Positions 49,645 through 62,073 of a DNA stretch of 64,000 nucleotides are shown here, one piece after another. Below the pieces are notes generated by a model, which worked only from the letters and a program-made list of their open reading frames with translations, was not told the DNA's origin and did no database searches. Location of the stretch: positions 303,844 to 367,843 of the forward strand of contig NMRA01000155.1 of assembly GCA_002633005.1 (NCBI GenBank), written 5' to 3'. The stretch comes from Phoronis australis (lineage: Eukaryota; Animalia; Phoronida). Each line of letters opens with the position of its first letter. Within the stretch, counting starts at the first letter, position 1. Both the position numbers and the translations under genes were made by a program.

Positions 49645-52600
49645 GTGAGTACATTTTGTAACTTAACCGTACTGCAGTCTCTAGCTCTATGTAAAAACTC
49701 ATGCTTCTGCTGACTGATCAGAAGATTTTTAATAGTCACCATTGTTCTGATTTAGGCGTCGACAAGTCGCAAGAAAAAACTAGTCTTAGAGTTCTTCTTT
49801 CCCAACTGATCATTTATGTCCAAAGGAAAATTGTGTTTGGCGACAAGTAGGTACGTCTTTGTCCCTATGCTCATTGTTGCCAATTTTGTTTATATTTTAA
49901 TGCTCGAGCAACTTCTCTAGAGAATGTTTTAAATGACTGTTAAAAATCAACAGTTACGTGACAGCGGATGAAATAGTGACTGATTAAGTTATTGGTTTTC
50001 AGCAAGCCAACTTTAGAACTTAGTGACGGCACCACGTTACACTGGCCAAACTTTAACGCGACGCACCAGAAAACAGCACTTCTGCGGGCTGACGTCACAA
50101 AGGCAAACGCTGTGATGGATTCCTTGCCAGACGATTTGGAACGAAAGGTTTCTTTCTGGCTTCAATTTCTACCCCAAATTACAGCTCAGAGCCACGAATG
50201 CCGCAACGACACATCGTCCACAATGGAGCACGAACACCCTATGGTTAAACTTAAGCAAGGTCATGTTCTTGGACGAACCAGGATGAGCGCAGGTAATTTA
50301 TATTTTAAGTTTACGTTGAGTAAAAATCTGCATCATTTAATGTGGCATAGAACGCGAAAAGCATACTAAGTTGCATTATTCAAAGTGATTCTCTGTCCCG
50401 GAAACAGAAGTTGCGCTGTTCACTAGACATTTTTACTGCTTGTTCGTAAAGATTGTGCATCTCAGTTGATGTCTAATGTCTTTCCTTCAGTTTCGAATTT
50501 CAGCTGCTCGTCACTTCGTTTATTTTTCTCCCACAAAGCAAAGTACGTCTCTTAAGTTTTGTGTGGCATGACCTAGGAAATCTTAAACTATGTTAAAACA
50601 TAGTTTTGCGAAATGATTTTAGTTACCGTGAATTTCCGTAGATAAGCCCATGGGCGTGTATTCGGAAACTGAAAATTTTCAGGCGTTTTAGCAACACCAA
50701 ATAAACGCCCGGGATATTATTTGGAAAAGAGGAGTGTAAACGGAAACCATAGTTTTGCTGACTTGACACTCTTTTACTTAAAACTAAGTTTTTAGTTTTT
50801 TGTAAACAAATTCATAGTTCAACAACGCCTCGTTCGTTTTCATAAAAATGATAAATGCTCCACGAAACTGAATTTGTGACAAAAATTTGACGCTGAGTGG
50901 GCTTTTAAGAGGAAATTTTCCAACTAAAGGTTCCACTGTGTGGATTCTTGACACCACAAGTTGTAACACCAAATAAACGCCCACGGGCGTGTATTCGGTA
51001 TAATTTACCAAATAAGCTCCCGTGTGCGTTTCATCGGGTGGGCTTATCTTCGGAAAACTCCGGTATGCACCATTTTATAAGCCTAAACTTTGAGACGATA
51101 GCTTTGCTTTTGGATGTCAATGTCTCCACAACGTTGCTCATTTTTGAAAAATAATGTCTCGGTACCAACTCCCTAATTCAGCCAAGCGTTATCAAAAATG
51201 AATTGAAATAGCAACTGCTCTCAATTCTTTGAACCCAAAATGTTCTGTTGTAAATTGTCATTTCGTACAGCACACCACCATAGTAAGTTATAACATGTCT
51301 AACTTTTAGTAATTTAGAGAATTCTTAACCAATATCGTATGATGCTCAGCCGCATTTGAACTTTTAGTTTTTTCCTTCCTAATTCTCCTCTAGCGGCAGC
51401 ATCTTAAACATTTAAACCAAGTCCTAACAAGTACATGTACTTACAAAATCTGATGTTAAAAAATTCACTATACAATTTCCCTGTAAGAAACTGATTCGTG
51501 AGTGACATGCATGCCCACCCCCTCTTCATAACCGGGAACACTGTGCAGAGTTGGCGTGCGGCGTAAGCAGGTACTGAGAATCGTTCTTGGCGATGTTTAT
51601 TATTAGGCTCATCATGTTTTGTATGATTCGCGTACTTGTTACGCAGTCAATGCCAAATGAATCTCCAGGGTTCGCATAGTAAGCAAGCTACACACTATGT
51701 TGGCACAGTGATCAAACAATGATTTCGACTAATGCACCGTGTTCTCGAAAGTTAGCTGACTCTCCAAGACAAATGTTCCAGGCTCTGACAGTTTATCTAA
51801 GCCCTGTTACCACAAGTGATTAAGTATTCTGACAAGCAACGGTTATCATAAGCTAACAATCTCCAATCCCGTTAATCACAGTTCAAATTTGTACGTCTCC
51901 ACCCTGTAACCAACAAAGTAGTTTGTTCTCAGGAAAACATATTTCCACAGAGGCAGGACATCCGTGGGAAATTTAAAGCTAAATAAGTTTGATCAAGTGT
52001 TTTGGTCGCTCGAAGCCTTGCTTGACCTTGCTCCTCGTAACGCAACCTAGGCTGCACGGGACCCGTTTCAAGAAACTTCAGTTTCGGCTTAGGCAAAAAC
52101 CTTGAAAGTATTCCAACGACTTTCGTATCGCACATTCAACTGTTGGGACTTTCTGACGAAGGCTTTTTTATAGTTAGGTCGTTCCTACCTTTCTTGTCGG
52201 TCGCACAATGTTGCGGGCCGCATTTTGGAAGGTAGACCTACAACATTCAATCACAGAGTGTGATTTTAATGCCTCAAGACCTATTGATTTTGGCTTAAAT
52301 CAGTTTTAAGATATAGCTATGTGCGCTCATTTTTCAACAACTGAAAGCTCAAAAATTGAATATATGCTCCAGGGTTTTGGATCGTTGCTTTGTGTTTTAT
52401 TGGTGCAAAACGATAAGGCCAATCGAGAAAAACAAACCACGAGACACGCAGTCATGACGCGATGACGTCACAGGTAAATTTAGCACCTTCCACTGCTACT
52501 TAGTTATACTGTAGCCTGGACTGTGCAGCACTGAAGTAAGTGAGGGTTATAGCCCCATATGATGCGCCGCCCATGGCCCAACACTGAAATATGTGGATAT

Positions 52601-55600
52601 TACCCCCCCCCCTCCCAGCCCCTATGTCGCTCTACCCATGTGTAGATAGAAAAATTGAAGATGTGATTATCTGTATAGTACATCTCCAAAAGACTCAATT
52701 TTAAATTCAATATTGTTGCTCCTTCAATTGCGTGCAATTCTTTGAACACATGAACATTCCGTATATCTTTCCCGTGTGTGATGCACACGGTGGGCCCATA
52801 TCAGCACTGTCACTTCGTGTTACCCTAGTTCGAGCTAACCTAAGATCGCGTCTTCAAACCGGCCCGTATACTTACATGTACCTCCCCTGGACCGACGGCG
52901 TCGCCACTATCGTTTACCATTAATGTCGAAGGCAACCCTTTTCCATGTCATTTTTAGCAAAAATAAGATGTGTTTATGATCTCAGACATATTTTTCCTTA
53001 ATTACAGCTTATTGCAATTTAATTAATTACTCGTCCTCTACTCCGGATGTGACGTTTTGGGAGGCAAAAATTTCGCGCCAATTTCTTTTCGTATAGTATG
53101 ACAGTGAGATCTGTCGAGTCAGTCATCGTTTTACCTCAATTGTGACAAGTTCGTTCGTCGTTTGCTTTTTTACGAGTCAGTCAATATGCCACACTGTTGC
53201 TGTGTACCATGATGTACTCATTATCATCTCAAGCGCGCTTTGAAAGCACCTTTGCAATGCTTTCCGAACGATGACACATTTCGCCGTATTTGGCTCGTTC
53301 GTGTGAAGAACGCAGCGTTACCCGTCCACGCAAACTTCAAAGCAGTGAAGGGTTACCGAGTGTGTGGCAAGCATTTTCTGCCGTCAGATAACGAGAGAGA
53401 TATGTACGCTTAATTGATGAAGGTCCCTTCGAAACATCGCCTGAAGAAGGGTGCCATACCGTCGGTGTTGATTCCCGGCAGTGCCCCGTCGCCACCCCCG
53501 AGAATTGCATTTTTGAAGCGAGAAGCCTCCCGAGCTATGGCCACTACAGTGTCTGGAGGCGCTTCATCTACTGTCAGTAGTGCCTCTGAACGTACCTCCA
53601 GAGCATGCAATTCCGGAACTAGCAGTGATTCGTCCTGTGCTGTTGTCTTTTGTCCAGAGCCTGTAAGCAGCCCTGCAGCGATGTTGAGTAGTGGTAGTGA
53701 ATGCAGGCCCAGTTCGACACACAGTGACGAGGACAGTTCGTCGTCCTATGAACAGGTCGGCGAGCCAAACTTTGATACGTTTATTGTGGACTTGTCTAAA
53801 GTATTGGAGCTATTTCGACGGTGATAGATGTGTAGCGAGGGAGTCAACGGCAGGAGGTAAGCAGTTTGGGTGCTCAGGTCACCATCCAGTGGGAGTGTGT
53901 CGCTGGACACTTGACAAGTTGTGCGTGTGCGTACTCTGCCTCATTATACTCGGCTCAAACATATACCCACCCTCTGACTGGCCCTGAAAAAATTTCTCGT
54001 CACCACTGCTATGAACAATGTCTCACTACTGTTACTGTGGTATGGGTTACGGGCTCCAGCCATTTTCAGGTTACTACAAACTAAACAATCCCTACATCCA
54101 ACTTAATTTGATTTCTCTAACAACCTGCTTTGTCGTAGAATACTCGTGACGCCAATTTTAGAAAAACAGCACGAAAACAAAAGTAGTACAGATTCCCACA
54201 GTAAACTCAACGCAGAGCCAAATTGGCGCGAAATTCTTGCCTCCCAAAACGTCACTTCCGGAGTAAAGAACTAGTAATTAATTAAATTACGAAAAGCTGT
54301 GATTAAGTGAAAAATACGTCTGTGATAATCAACGAACCTTACTTTTGCTAAAAATGGCATGAAAATGTTTGCCTTCGCCTTTAAGGTGTTGAAAACGTCG
54401 GTGTTCGGTGGGAGGTGAAAGTGTGATAAGACCTGAAATATTATGCCGTGCAAAAAAGTGATGGAAGACATTGTGTCTTAGTGGGCTGTCACAAAAACGA
54501 CGAACGTGGAAGTAATCAATTTGCAGTAAACATGACAAGATCTTCAAGGTTGGCCGTGTTTACCGCCGTTTAAATTTTGTATTCCCAAGAATTCAATAAG
54601 CCATAGAATGGTTATGTGAAATAAATAGAAAATAATGTAAGAAAATTAAATAATTCTCTGAAATTGAAGATAGATGGGCCAAATAAATCTTTTGGTTTAA
54701 AATAGGATGGGCGAGCCATATACAGTGGAACAGAAACACAAACTATAAATATATGAACAATTCCCAGACTGATAACAATGCGTTTAAATCGCTTTTTAAC
54801 ATTTGATTAACAACACTATTGTATATGAAAGTAGTGTTTTAAGTCAGCCTGTTGATATCGTACCGGGGAAGGGACCAGGTGAGATACTTTCCCACCCCTT
54901 TGAGTATTATTTAAAGAAAAACAAAATTTTTGGGAACCGTTTCATGACGTTTGGGTCTATATAAAATTCAAAATCGTCATTATCATGACATCGGTTGTGT
55001 AATGTTAAGTTTGAATATTTAGACATCGCGCAATAGAAAAATAATTATACAATACGATATAGCTACATGTATGTACATGTATTGCAGTTATTCAAGACTA
55101 ACAAAAGAGTCATATGCAGTTTTTCTCACTATTGTGACATTTATTAATGCTTTGCGAGTAGGTGGTATGAAGGGAATTTAAATGACTAGTAAAGGTGTTC
55201 ATGTTCAAGAGTAATTTTGAAAAATCAGCATACAGGTAAGTTCTTTACGTTGCCTCCTCTCGATCATAATTTAAATGGTTCAAATATGTTTCTACTCTAC
55301 GCTGGTTCTGAACTGCAATGGTTTCAGTAACTTAAGGTCTGCCTCCGTATTTTGGTGCCTGCATGCATTTGTAGGTCTATATTGAAATGTGGACCAGTGG
55401 AATAATGCTGAATGGTACAACACGAAATTCCATCTGCAGGGGCAGATCCAGGATTTTGAGTTAGGGGGGCCAGGACAGAGTATTAGCCAGGATTTTCCCG
55501 TCAGACATTCGCACCCACGAACTGCCAAATGTAATCTTAGAATTTTAGGGGGGCCATGGCCCCCTTGGCCCCCCTCTAAATCCGCCACTGATCCGTGTGC

Positions 55601-58600
55601 ATCATTGTGCTTGTCTTGGTTTGAGTGTTTGTCGTATATATGGTTCTTAAATGAGTGACAAGGTATTGTTTTATTGTTTCGTTTGACGCCTTTTAATCGT
55701 CCGTGTGGAAAAGATTTGTTACGTAATACACAAAGCAATGTGGGATTGTGGTCATCCCAAGCAGCACCGTCAGCAGACGTATGCATACAATCTGAAGAGG
55801 TTATTTCCTTTGAGTAGCATTTCAAGCTGCCAAAAATTCAGTTTGTCTCAGATGCGTGAATACTGGTAGCATCTATCCACGACCAACATTCAGCTTTTCC
55901 TCTGTTGAAGTGACACTTCCAGGAGAGAGGACGATGATGACCGACATGCAGAAATCCATATGTGGGCATGAACGTTTGTCGTAGATACGTGGAAGGGAAA
56001 TGAACCAAAAATGAAGTAAATGCTTTCATTGTTTTGATTGGCGCCTTGTGATTCAGAGTTTGTCAAAAAGTACGACATTGTTTCGTTTGGCATTCATCTC
56101 CATTTAGTATGTTTTGTTGCTGCTGCAGCCACATGCCACTAACGCATTTATCAATAGATGGGGAAGCATATTTGTGCATTTTTTTAGCATCAACCAATCG
56201 GAATGTCAACATATAGCTTCCCCTGTTCAACAATGTGAAGCCATGTCTCATGTTCCATTCCCAGAATTACTCCCTCCCCCCTCCCTTGTAATATTAGTAA
56301 AGAATGTATTGTCGACTTCTCTAGCATAAAATCGGCAATTTCTCTGGGGTAAGATCGAAAAAGCCTATCAAACAAATCGTTATTATTGACAATGTCTTCC
56401 ATAATGTGAAATTTTGAATTGTTTTGGCTCTTTAGAAAACTACTTTCCATACGAAGAGTACTTAGATATCCCATATGCAGCGCCACCTGTGGGAGACTTG
56501 CGATTCCAGCCTCCAAGGCCCCACACAGGTTGGAAAGGCATTTTAAACAGAACAAGAGAGACAACAGGTGTCAAAATGTGTCCACAGCCTAGTGCAGCGG
56601 TCCCGTTTGAAATAATTGATGAAGATTGTCTAACGTTAGACATTTACGTGCCATACGGAGTTTCGAAAGTCAGGTAAACGCACACACACAAACGCATGCA
56701 CACACATACACACACACGCACAGACGCACACATAGTCGTTTCTTAGCGAAATATGTTTACTGTTATGACTCGAAAGTTCGCACATGCTCAAATGTAAGAC
56801 ATCTTCTATGAGAAATTTGATGATACAGTTGAAATTAATCAGCCAGTTACGGATTTTTAAGTTTAAGTCGTAGGTGAATGTAAAGAGGCCACGCCTCTGT
56901 AAGGTCAATGGCATCTTTTCAGAACTCAAGCGAACGACTTTTGATAGAAAGCATGCAGTGGCGTTGTTGTTAAACTGAATTTATCTTTTTCATGAAGAGC
57001 TTTAACAGGAAAACAACACAGACTTCATCCATTCGTTCAATAGGTACAGACAGTTGCCCGTCATGGTTTTCATACACGGAGGAGGTTACGTCTTTGGCTC
57101 CAAGAACATATATCTTGGCAACGGCTTGGTCCAGAGAGAAGTCATTTTGGTTGTGATAAATTATCGACTCGGTCCATTTGGGTTTTTGGCAACTGGTAGG
57201 TATTACAGAGGTTTAACTATGCATTTTAGTCGTAGTTGTTCTGTAAACTTTACTGTAACAAAAAGGAGATAAAATACGTCTTAACGTTATTACAAAGGTT
57301 GTCAGTTTGAGTTTAATTCAATTATCCATATCCATGGTTTAACTAGAATATACAAAGCCATTAAATTTATGCACTTATGACTTATAGAATGAAGCTGAGA
57401 AAATGAGGGTAAAATACAATATTTGATTTGAAATGTTAGTGGATTTGAAAACAGGTAAGATAAACCGATTTCATCAAATCTATTAATATTCTAATAAACG
57501 CTACAGTTCTTCACTCGTACATTTTGAATAGAACAGCTAAAACAGATGTCGAGCAAATTAAATCCCTAAGATCTTAACAAATATCAGAGCTTCTCATTTG
57601 ATCGTGAATGGTACTGAATACTTGACCATCTTCCTAATTGCCGTTATGTTCACAACAGGAGACAAGGCTTCAATAGGTAATTACGGTCTTATGGATCAAC
57701 ATTTGGCTCTGAAGTGGGTGAAGGAAAACATAGGGCACTTTGGAGGTGATCCTAATGAAGTTACTATCTTTGGACAATCGGCTGGAGCCGGAAGCGTTAT
57801 GTTTCAAGTCATAGCACCCGCCAATAGAGGGCTATTTAAACGAGCTATTCCTGAGAGCGGCGCCGCCGGGTGTCCATGGTCTCTCCTCACAAACGAAGCG
57901 GCACTTGCTAACGCGAAAAAAACAGCGGAAAAAATGAACTGCTCCTCGACAAGCACTCACATGATGATTAATTGCTTGAAACGAGTTGAAGCCATGGATG
58001 TCGTCATGGCGACTGCGGGGGATGTCCTAAACCCCATTTATATGAGTCCCGTTGTAGACGGTCATTTCATTCCGAAATCACCGGAGCAGATGTATAATGA
58101 TGGCGTAGCCCGAAATATTACCATTCTGATGGGACGTACGACGCACGAGGGCTACATGTACGTTTCCTATCCAGAAATAATTCTAAAAGATATTGAAGAC
58201 AAAAGTCCGTCTTTGGCTAAAGCCGTCGATTTTTACTACGCTGATGCCGTAAAGGCTGTTAAGAATGGTCTTACAGATAAGGAGAGTATATTACTTTTTA
58301 CCGACCTTGGGACGGACTATATGATTTCACACGCTATGGAGAATGAGGCGAATCTTCACGTAAGGTGAGAGCTCACCCAAGCTGGGTACATTTATCATGT
58401 CATTTTCTCACTGAAGTCAATACAACTCTGTCGCCACGAACTTTGTCGATCTTTCTGACAGGTTCAAACTTTAGCCCAGGTGAAATAAATATACACCCAA
58501 AACAAATTTCAATTGTAATTTGAACTAAATGAAACTCTTTAGCTGCTCCATAAAGTATCAGAACTCTAAGAAAATTTAATAAGTGGAACACCATAATTGT

Positions 58601-61600
58601 TGTAGAAGGGGGACAATTTGGTCTTATGCATACTCATGTGCTATGCGTTATCATTGATATTGCATATCAACATTAACGTAATAAAAATACTAGAAAAAAT
58701 GATAAATGATACAGGGTTATATAGAATTGGAAATATAAGATTAGAAATTATTAATTTTCAGGATATAATTCGTAGTTTATTGTTGCAAACACTGATCGAG
58801 CTACCTTTTCTATGTGGTGGATTTTAGTCAATATTAGAGTTCATTATATCATTGATTAAATAATGATGGAGCATATTTATGATACGTCTAGTGAACCCTG
58901 TACGATTTCTTAACTACAGACCAGGGCCTGGGGATTTATCCTCGTACTGGAGATGGAATTCGAAGATTTTGTTGACGTTTTTGTTGTTCTTTAAAACGAA
59001 ATCAAGGTAGCTGTCTTTCATTCTGTATTCGATTAATGTTTGGTTTAGGCGACTGAGAATCTAGTCCAAGTTTTCACTCGAGTCCTCTAGATGAAGGTTA
59101 AAAACTTTCTGGGTGAAAACTCGCGATTTCAAGTATAATCCGAGATTTTGAGTTCATAGGCAAGCTTTATTTCTGAGGTCAGCATGTGCAAACTAAGAGT
59201 ATACAGTCAGTCAGCCACGTAACCACAGTTTAAATGAGCACATGGAAAACAGACCGTTAGCTTAAGCTCGCACAAAAGTAGAACGAAAAATGTGAAAAAT
59301 AGTTCGAGTTCAATTTCAAGTACACTCGAGGTTAGGCCCAAGGCTCACTTCCGTAAAAGCTGGCTTTCACCGGAATGATGTGTAACTTTTGCTCTTACAA
59401 AGAGCTGCTGACAGACCGCTTCTCTTCAATGCAATGATCGGGAAATATATAATGGCACGGGCCGTGACAAGTCAATTTGTAGCACCGTGTTCATCCTGCT
59501 TCAGGTAGCTCATACAGTGTTCACAGCATCATATTAATCTATCCTGTACTGGAAATAAGTAAAATCGTACCATATAACTTCTCTTGTGAGAAATCTTATT
59601 ACGTATCTTATTTCATCTTATTTCTTTTGTTTGTATACATGTATGTGCATTGTTTTTAAAAATGCTCAGAGGTAATATCACAGATAACGTATGGCATCTC
59701 GTTACGCGTAAGGCTAGATTAAACCCTCTCTAAAAACGTCGTGTGGCTGAAAATATCCAACCGATACGCTAAGCAGGTCTGTAGGAAACAGAAGTACCAG
59801 GGTCCATGTGCCCTCTCCCACCGTAATGGTTTGCAAGCGTCATGGTTGAACAATTCGTGGTGACTGACGTAAGAATATTAAGCGCGTTGGTTCCCCAGGT
59901 TAGGGAAAAAGTGCGACAGAGCATAATACTGTCAGAGAGATATATAAGATTAAAAAGAGAATATTTGTCAACTACAAGTGCAGGATACCCGTCAGGACAT
60001 GTTTGTCAGGGGCCCTCCGGTTTTTGCTTCATGTATCGTCTACAAGCACTTGAAACCGAACTCCTTATCATACTTGAGAAAACAGGATATGGGATTTTCT
60101 GAAGCAAATTTATTCCGGCTTTCTAAGTTCAAGAAGACAATTTTCTGATCAGTTTTTCTTCTGTTTTCTTTTTTGATATTGCATGTCATTTTACATTAAC
60201 GTGTCCCATGACGGAGAGGGACCCTTATGATATAAACTGTTGCTGCTCATTTCCTGGTTCCGAAATAACCTGTCACCTCAATGATGATGTCATCCATGGT
60301 CTTTCTTTCACTTTTTATCAATATCCTTTCGTCTTATGAAGCCGTTATCGGAGAGACTGGTGACGGTATCAATTGTCACTTTTTCCTGTTCTTTAAATGA
60401 TATAAACTATCATAATGAGGGCTCTCCTCACTAGGTAATTATTGCTAATATGAAATAACCCGTAGACGTATGTTTATAGCTTTCGAATAATTCTAAGCCT
60501 TCAAAAGTAGCAACATTCAGATACACCAGGGGATGCAAGCTTGGTGAAAACCGGGGATATGAGTGTGATGGCGAAATTTGGTACGTTTAGTCCTTCCTAG
60601 GAACGTGCCAATAAGCCTTCACGTTCTTTCATTTACTCTACACTGTATTCAATGATTCTGGTGCTTTATTAAGGGTATCTCACTTTTGCTTAACTCTTGT
60701 TTCAGCAACGGAGGCAAGCTATACATGTTTATCTTTAACTTCCATGCAAGCGTTTCCTTCATGTTTAATTCCACAACCCCGGACTTCATATACGGATTGC
60801 ACGGTGAAGAGCTGTCGTACGTGTTTGGCTACGCGTGCGTGCGAACTCCAGAGCTCGACTCAGTGATGTCTTACTCTGGAATGAAGAAAAGCGATATCAC
60901 CATGTGCCATGCAATGATGGACATGTGGACCAACTTTGCCTACACCGGGTAAGATATGTATGCTACAAACCTTCCGTCTGTTGAAAATACATATTCAATT
61001 AATTTATGTCACTTGCCATTATAGAACCAAAATGCGCCCTTGTTTCTAAGCTGGATTAGAAGAAACCGAGAACCGAGCAAGTTTAGAGGCCATAATCCGG
61101 AGTCGTTTTTACAGAAGACGGCTTTGCAATGCCAATGATATAACTTACCCATTTCTCGAGAAAAGATCAAACACAAAAATTAATCATTTGCAATAATTTA
61201 TTCGAATGTACACCATTCAATGAACTTTTTAGCTTGTTTCAATGTTTCAATAGTACAACTTCTTACACTGGTTATCGAAAACGCATACGCTGTAGCTGCC
61301 ACTATCAAATGTTATTTACTGAATTACTAGGTGTAGATGTGAATTCACCGAATATTCAGCAAAAAACAAAACACGCTCGGACTATGGTTAGTATTGTCGA
61401 TTGTGTCTTATTGGAACGATGCGAGAGCTTCATTGACAATATATCTTTTCGGTCCAGCATTGTGCTCCCTCGCAATACATTCGAGGATACGTTATACCTT
61501 CAACATTTTTTCGCAGCTAGTTCTTACATTTTGTGTAAATATTGTTTGAAAAGCATAGAAACTACGCCTGTGGTTCGTAACGGGTTTACGCTCTGGAAAT

Positions 61601-62073
61601 AATGAGGACTGATCACGTGGAACAGGCGATTCTTATGGTCACCTGGCTGTACCAGGAGGTACGTCTTTTCCTAAACTCCTTATTCACTTCTCAGTCAAAT
61701 GTAAAGAGAACAGAGTTACAAAAAGGGTTGAAACCATTGGTAAAGTTTTTTAAAGAACTGGTGGAGAGAAATTTTATTGCATATTTTTCATGTTTCTCAA
61801 AATCGTCCATTGTTTGTACATTTCAGCCACCCTCTCATGGGCAGACGTCATTTTAATTTGAATTGGCCTCAGTACAAAATGGATACGCAATATGTCTTCA
61901 ATATCAACAAAAATCTGACCGTGTCATCTGGCGACGACCTGATTCTTACACCCCGTGGCAATCCGGACCTGCTCCGTCCAAAGAAGATTAAGTTTTGGAA
62001 TAAGTTAGCCCCGAAGCTCAGGAAAATCGACACCCCTATGCCTTGCAATACGACAGCTACTGGGATGCCCTAA
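48215..62073 (+). CDS. Gene C: two-domain carboxyl/cholinesterase-family protein, 7 exons, ~1101 aa (in-frame upstream ATG at 48206 also possible)
   Basis: Exons 48215-49644, 50003-50292, 56436-56673, 57044-57195, 57659-58364, 60706-60948, 61827-62073 (3306 nt). Only in-frame indels versus A/B (-3 in exon 3, -6 in exon 5). Domain 2 has GQSAG, HEG, LHGEEL. Confidence 0.92.
50003..50292 (+). CDS. Gene C exon 2
   Basis: ttcag|C AAG ... GCAG|gtaatt; 290 nt. Confidence 0.88.
50626..51063. mobile_element. Tc1/mariner (pogo/Tigger-like) MITE in intron 2 of gene C
   Basis: TA|CCGTGAATTTCCGTAGATAAGCCCA ... TGGGCTTATCTTCGGAAAACTCCGG|TA; internal repeats of CCAAATAAACGCCC and GGGCGTGTATTCGG. Confidence 0.8.
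52924..54380 (+). mobile_element. Internally deleted Kolobok-like DNA transposon with THAP-domain pseudogene, in intron 2 of gene C
   Basis: TTAA on both sides (52920-52923, 54381-54384). About 160-bp imperfect TIRs including TCCGGA.GTGACGTTTTGGGAGGCAA.AATTTCGCGCCAATTT. THAP frame from ATG 53186. Confidence 0.85.
53186..53900 (+). pseudogene. THAP-domain transposase N-terminal remnant
   Basis: MPHCCCVP*C...FP...W...VCGKHF...*...RLKKGAIPSV with two in-frame stops, then a Ser-rich linker, then FIVDLSKVLELF...GAQVTIQWECVAGH. Confidence 0.8.
55437..55590. mobile_element. hAT-like MITE (154 bp) in intron 2 of gene C
   Basis: TIR CAGGGGCAGATCCAG versus reverse complement of the end, CAGTGGCGGATTTAG. 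GC-rich palindrome GGGGCCATGGCCCC. TSD degenerate (ttccatctg/atccgtgtg). Partial second copy at 40025. Confidence 0.7.
56436..56673 (+). CDS. Gene C exon 3
   Basis: tttag|AA AAC ... AG|gtaaac; 238 nt. Confidence 0.9.
56678..56712 (+). repeat. Degenerate (CA)n tract at the start of gene C intron 3
   Basis: acgcacacacacaaacgcatgcacacacatacacacacacgcaca. Confidence 0.7.
57044..57195 (+). CDS. Gene C exon 4
   Basis: aatag|G TAC ... G|gtaggt; 152 nt. Confidence 0.9.
57659..58364 (+). CDS. Gene C exon 5 (GQSAG)
   Basis: aacag|GA GAC ... AG|gtgaga; 706 nt. Confidence 0.9.
60706..60948 (+). CDS. Gene C exon 6
   Basis: ttcag|C AAC ... GG|gtaaga; 243 nt. Confidence 0.9.
61827..62073 (+). CDS. Gene C exon 7
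   Basis: ttcag|C CAC ... TAA; 247 nt. Confidence 0.88.
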
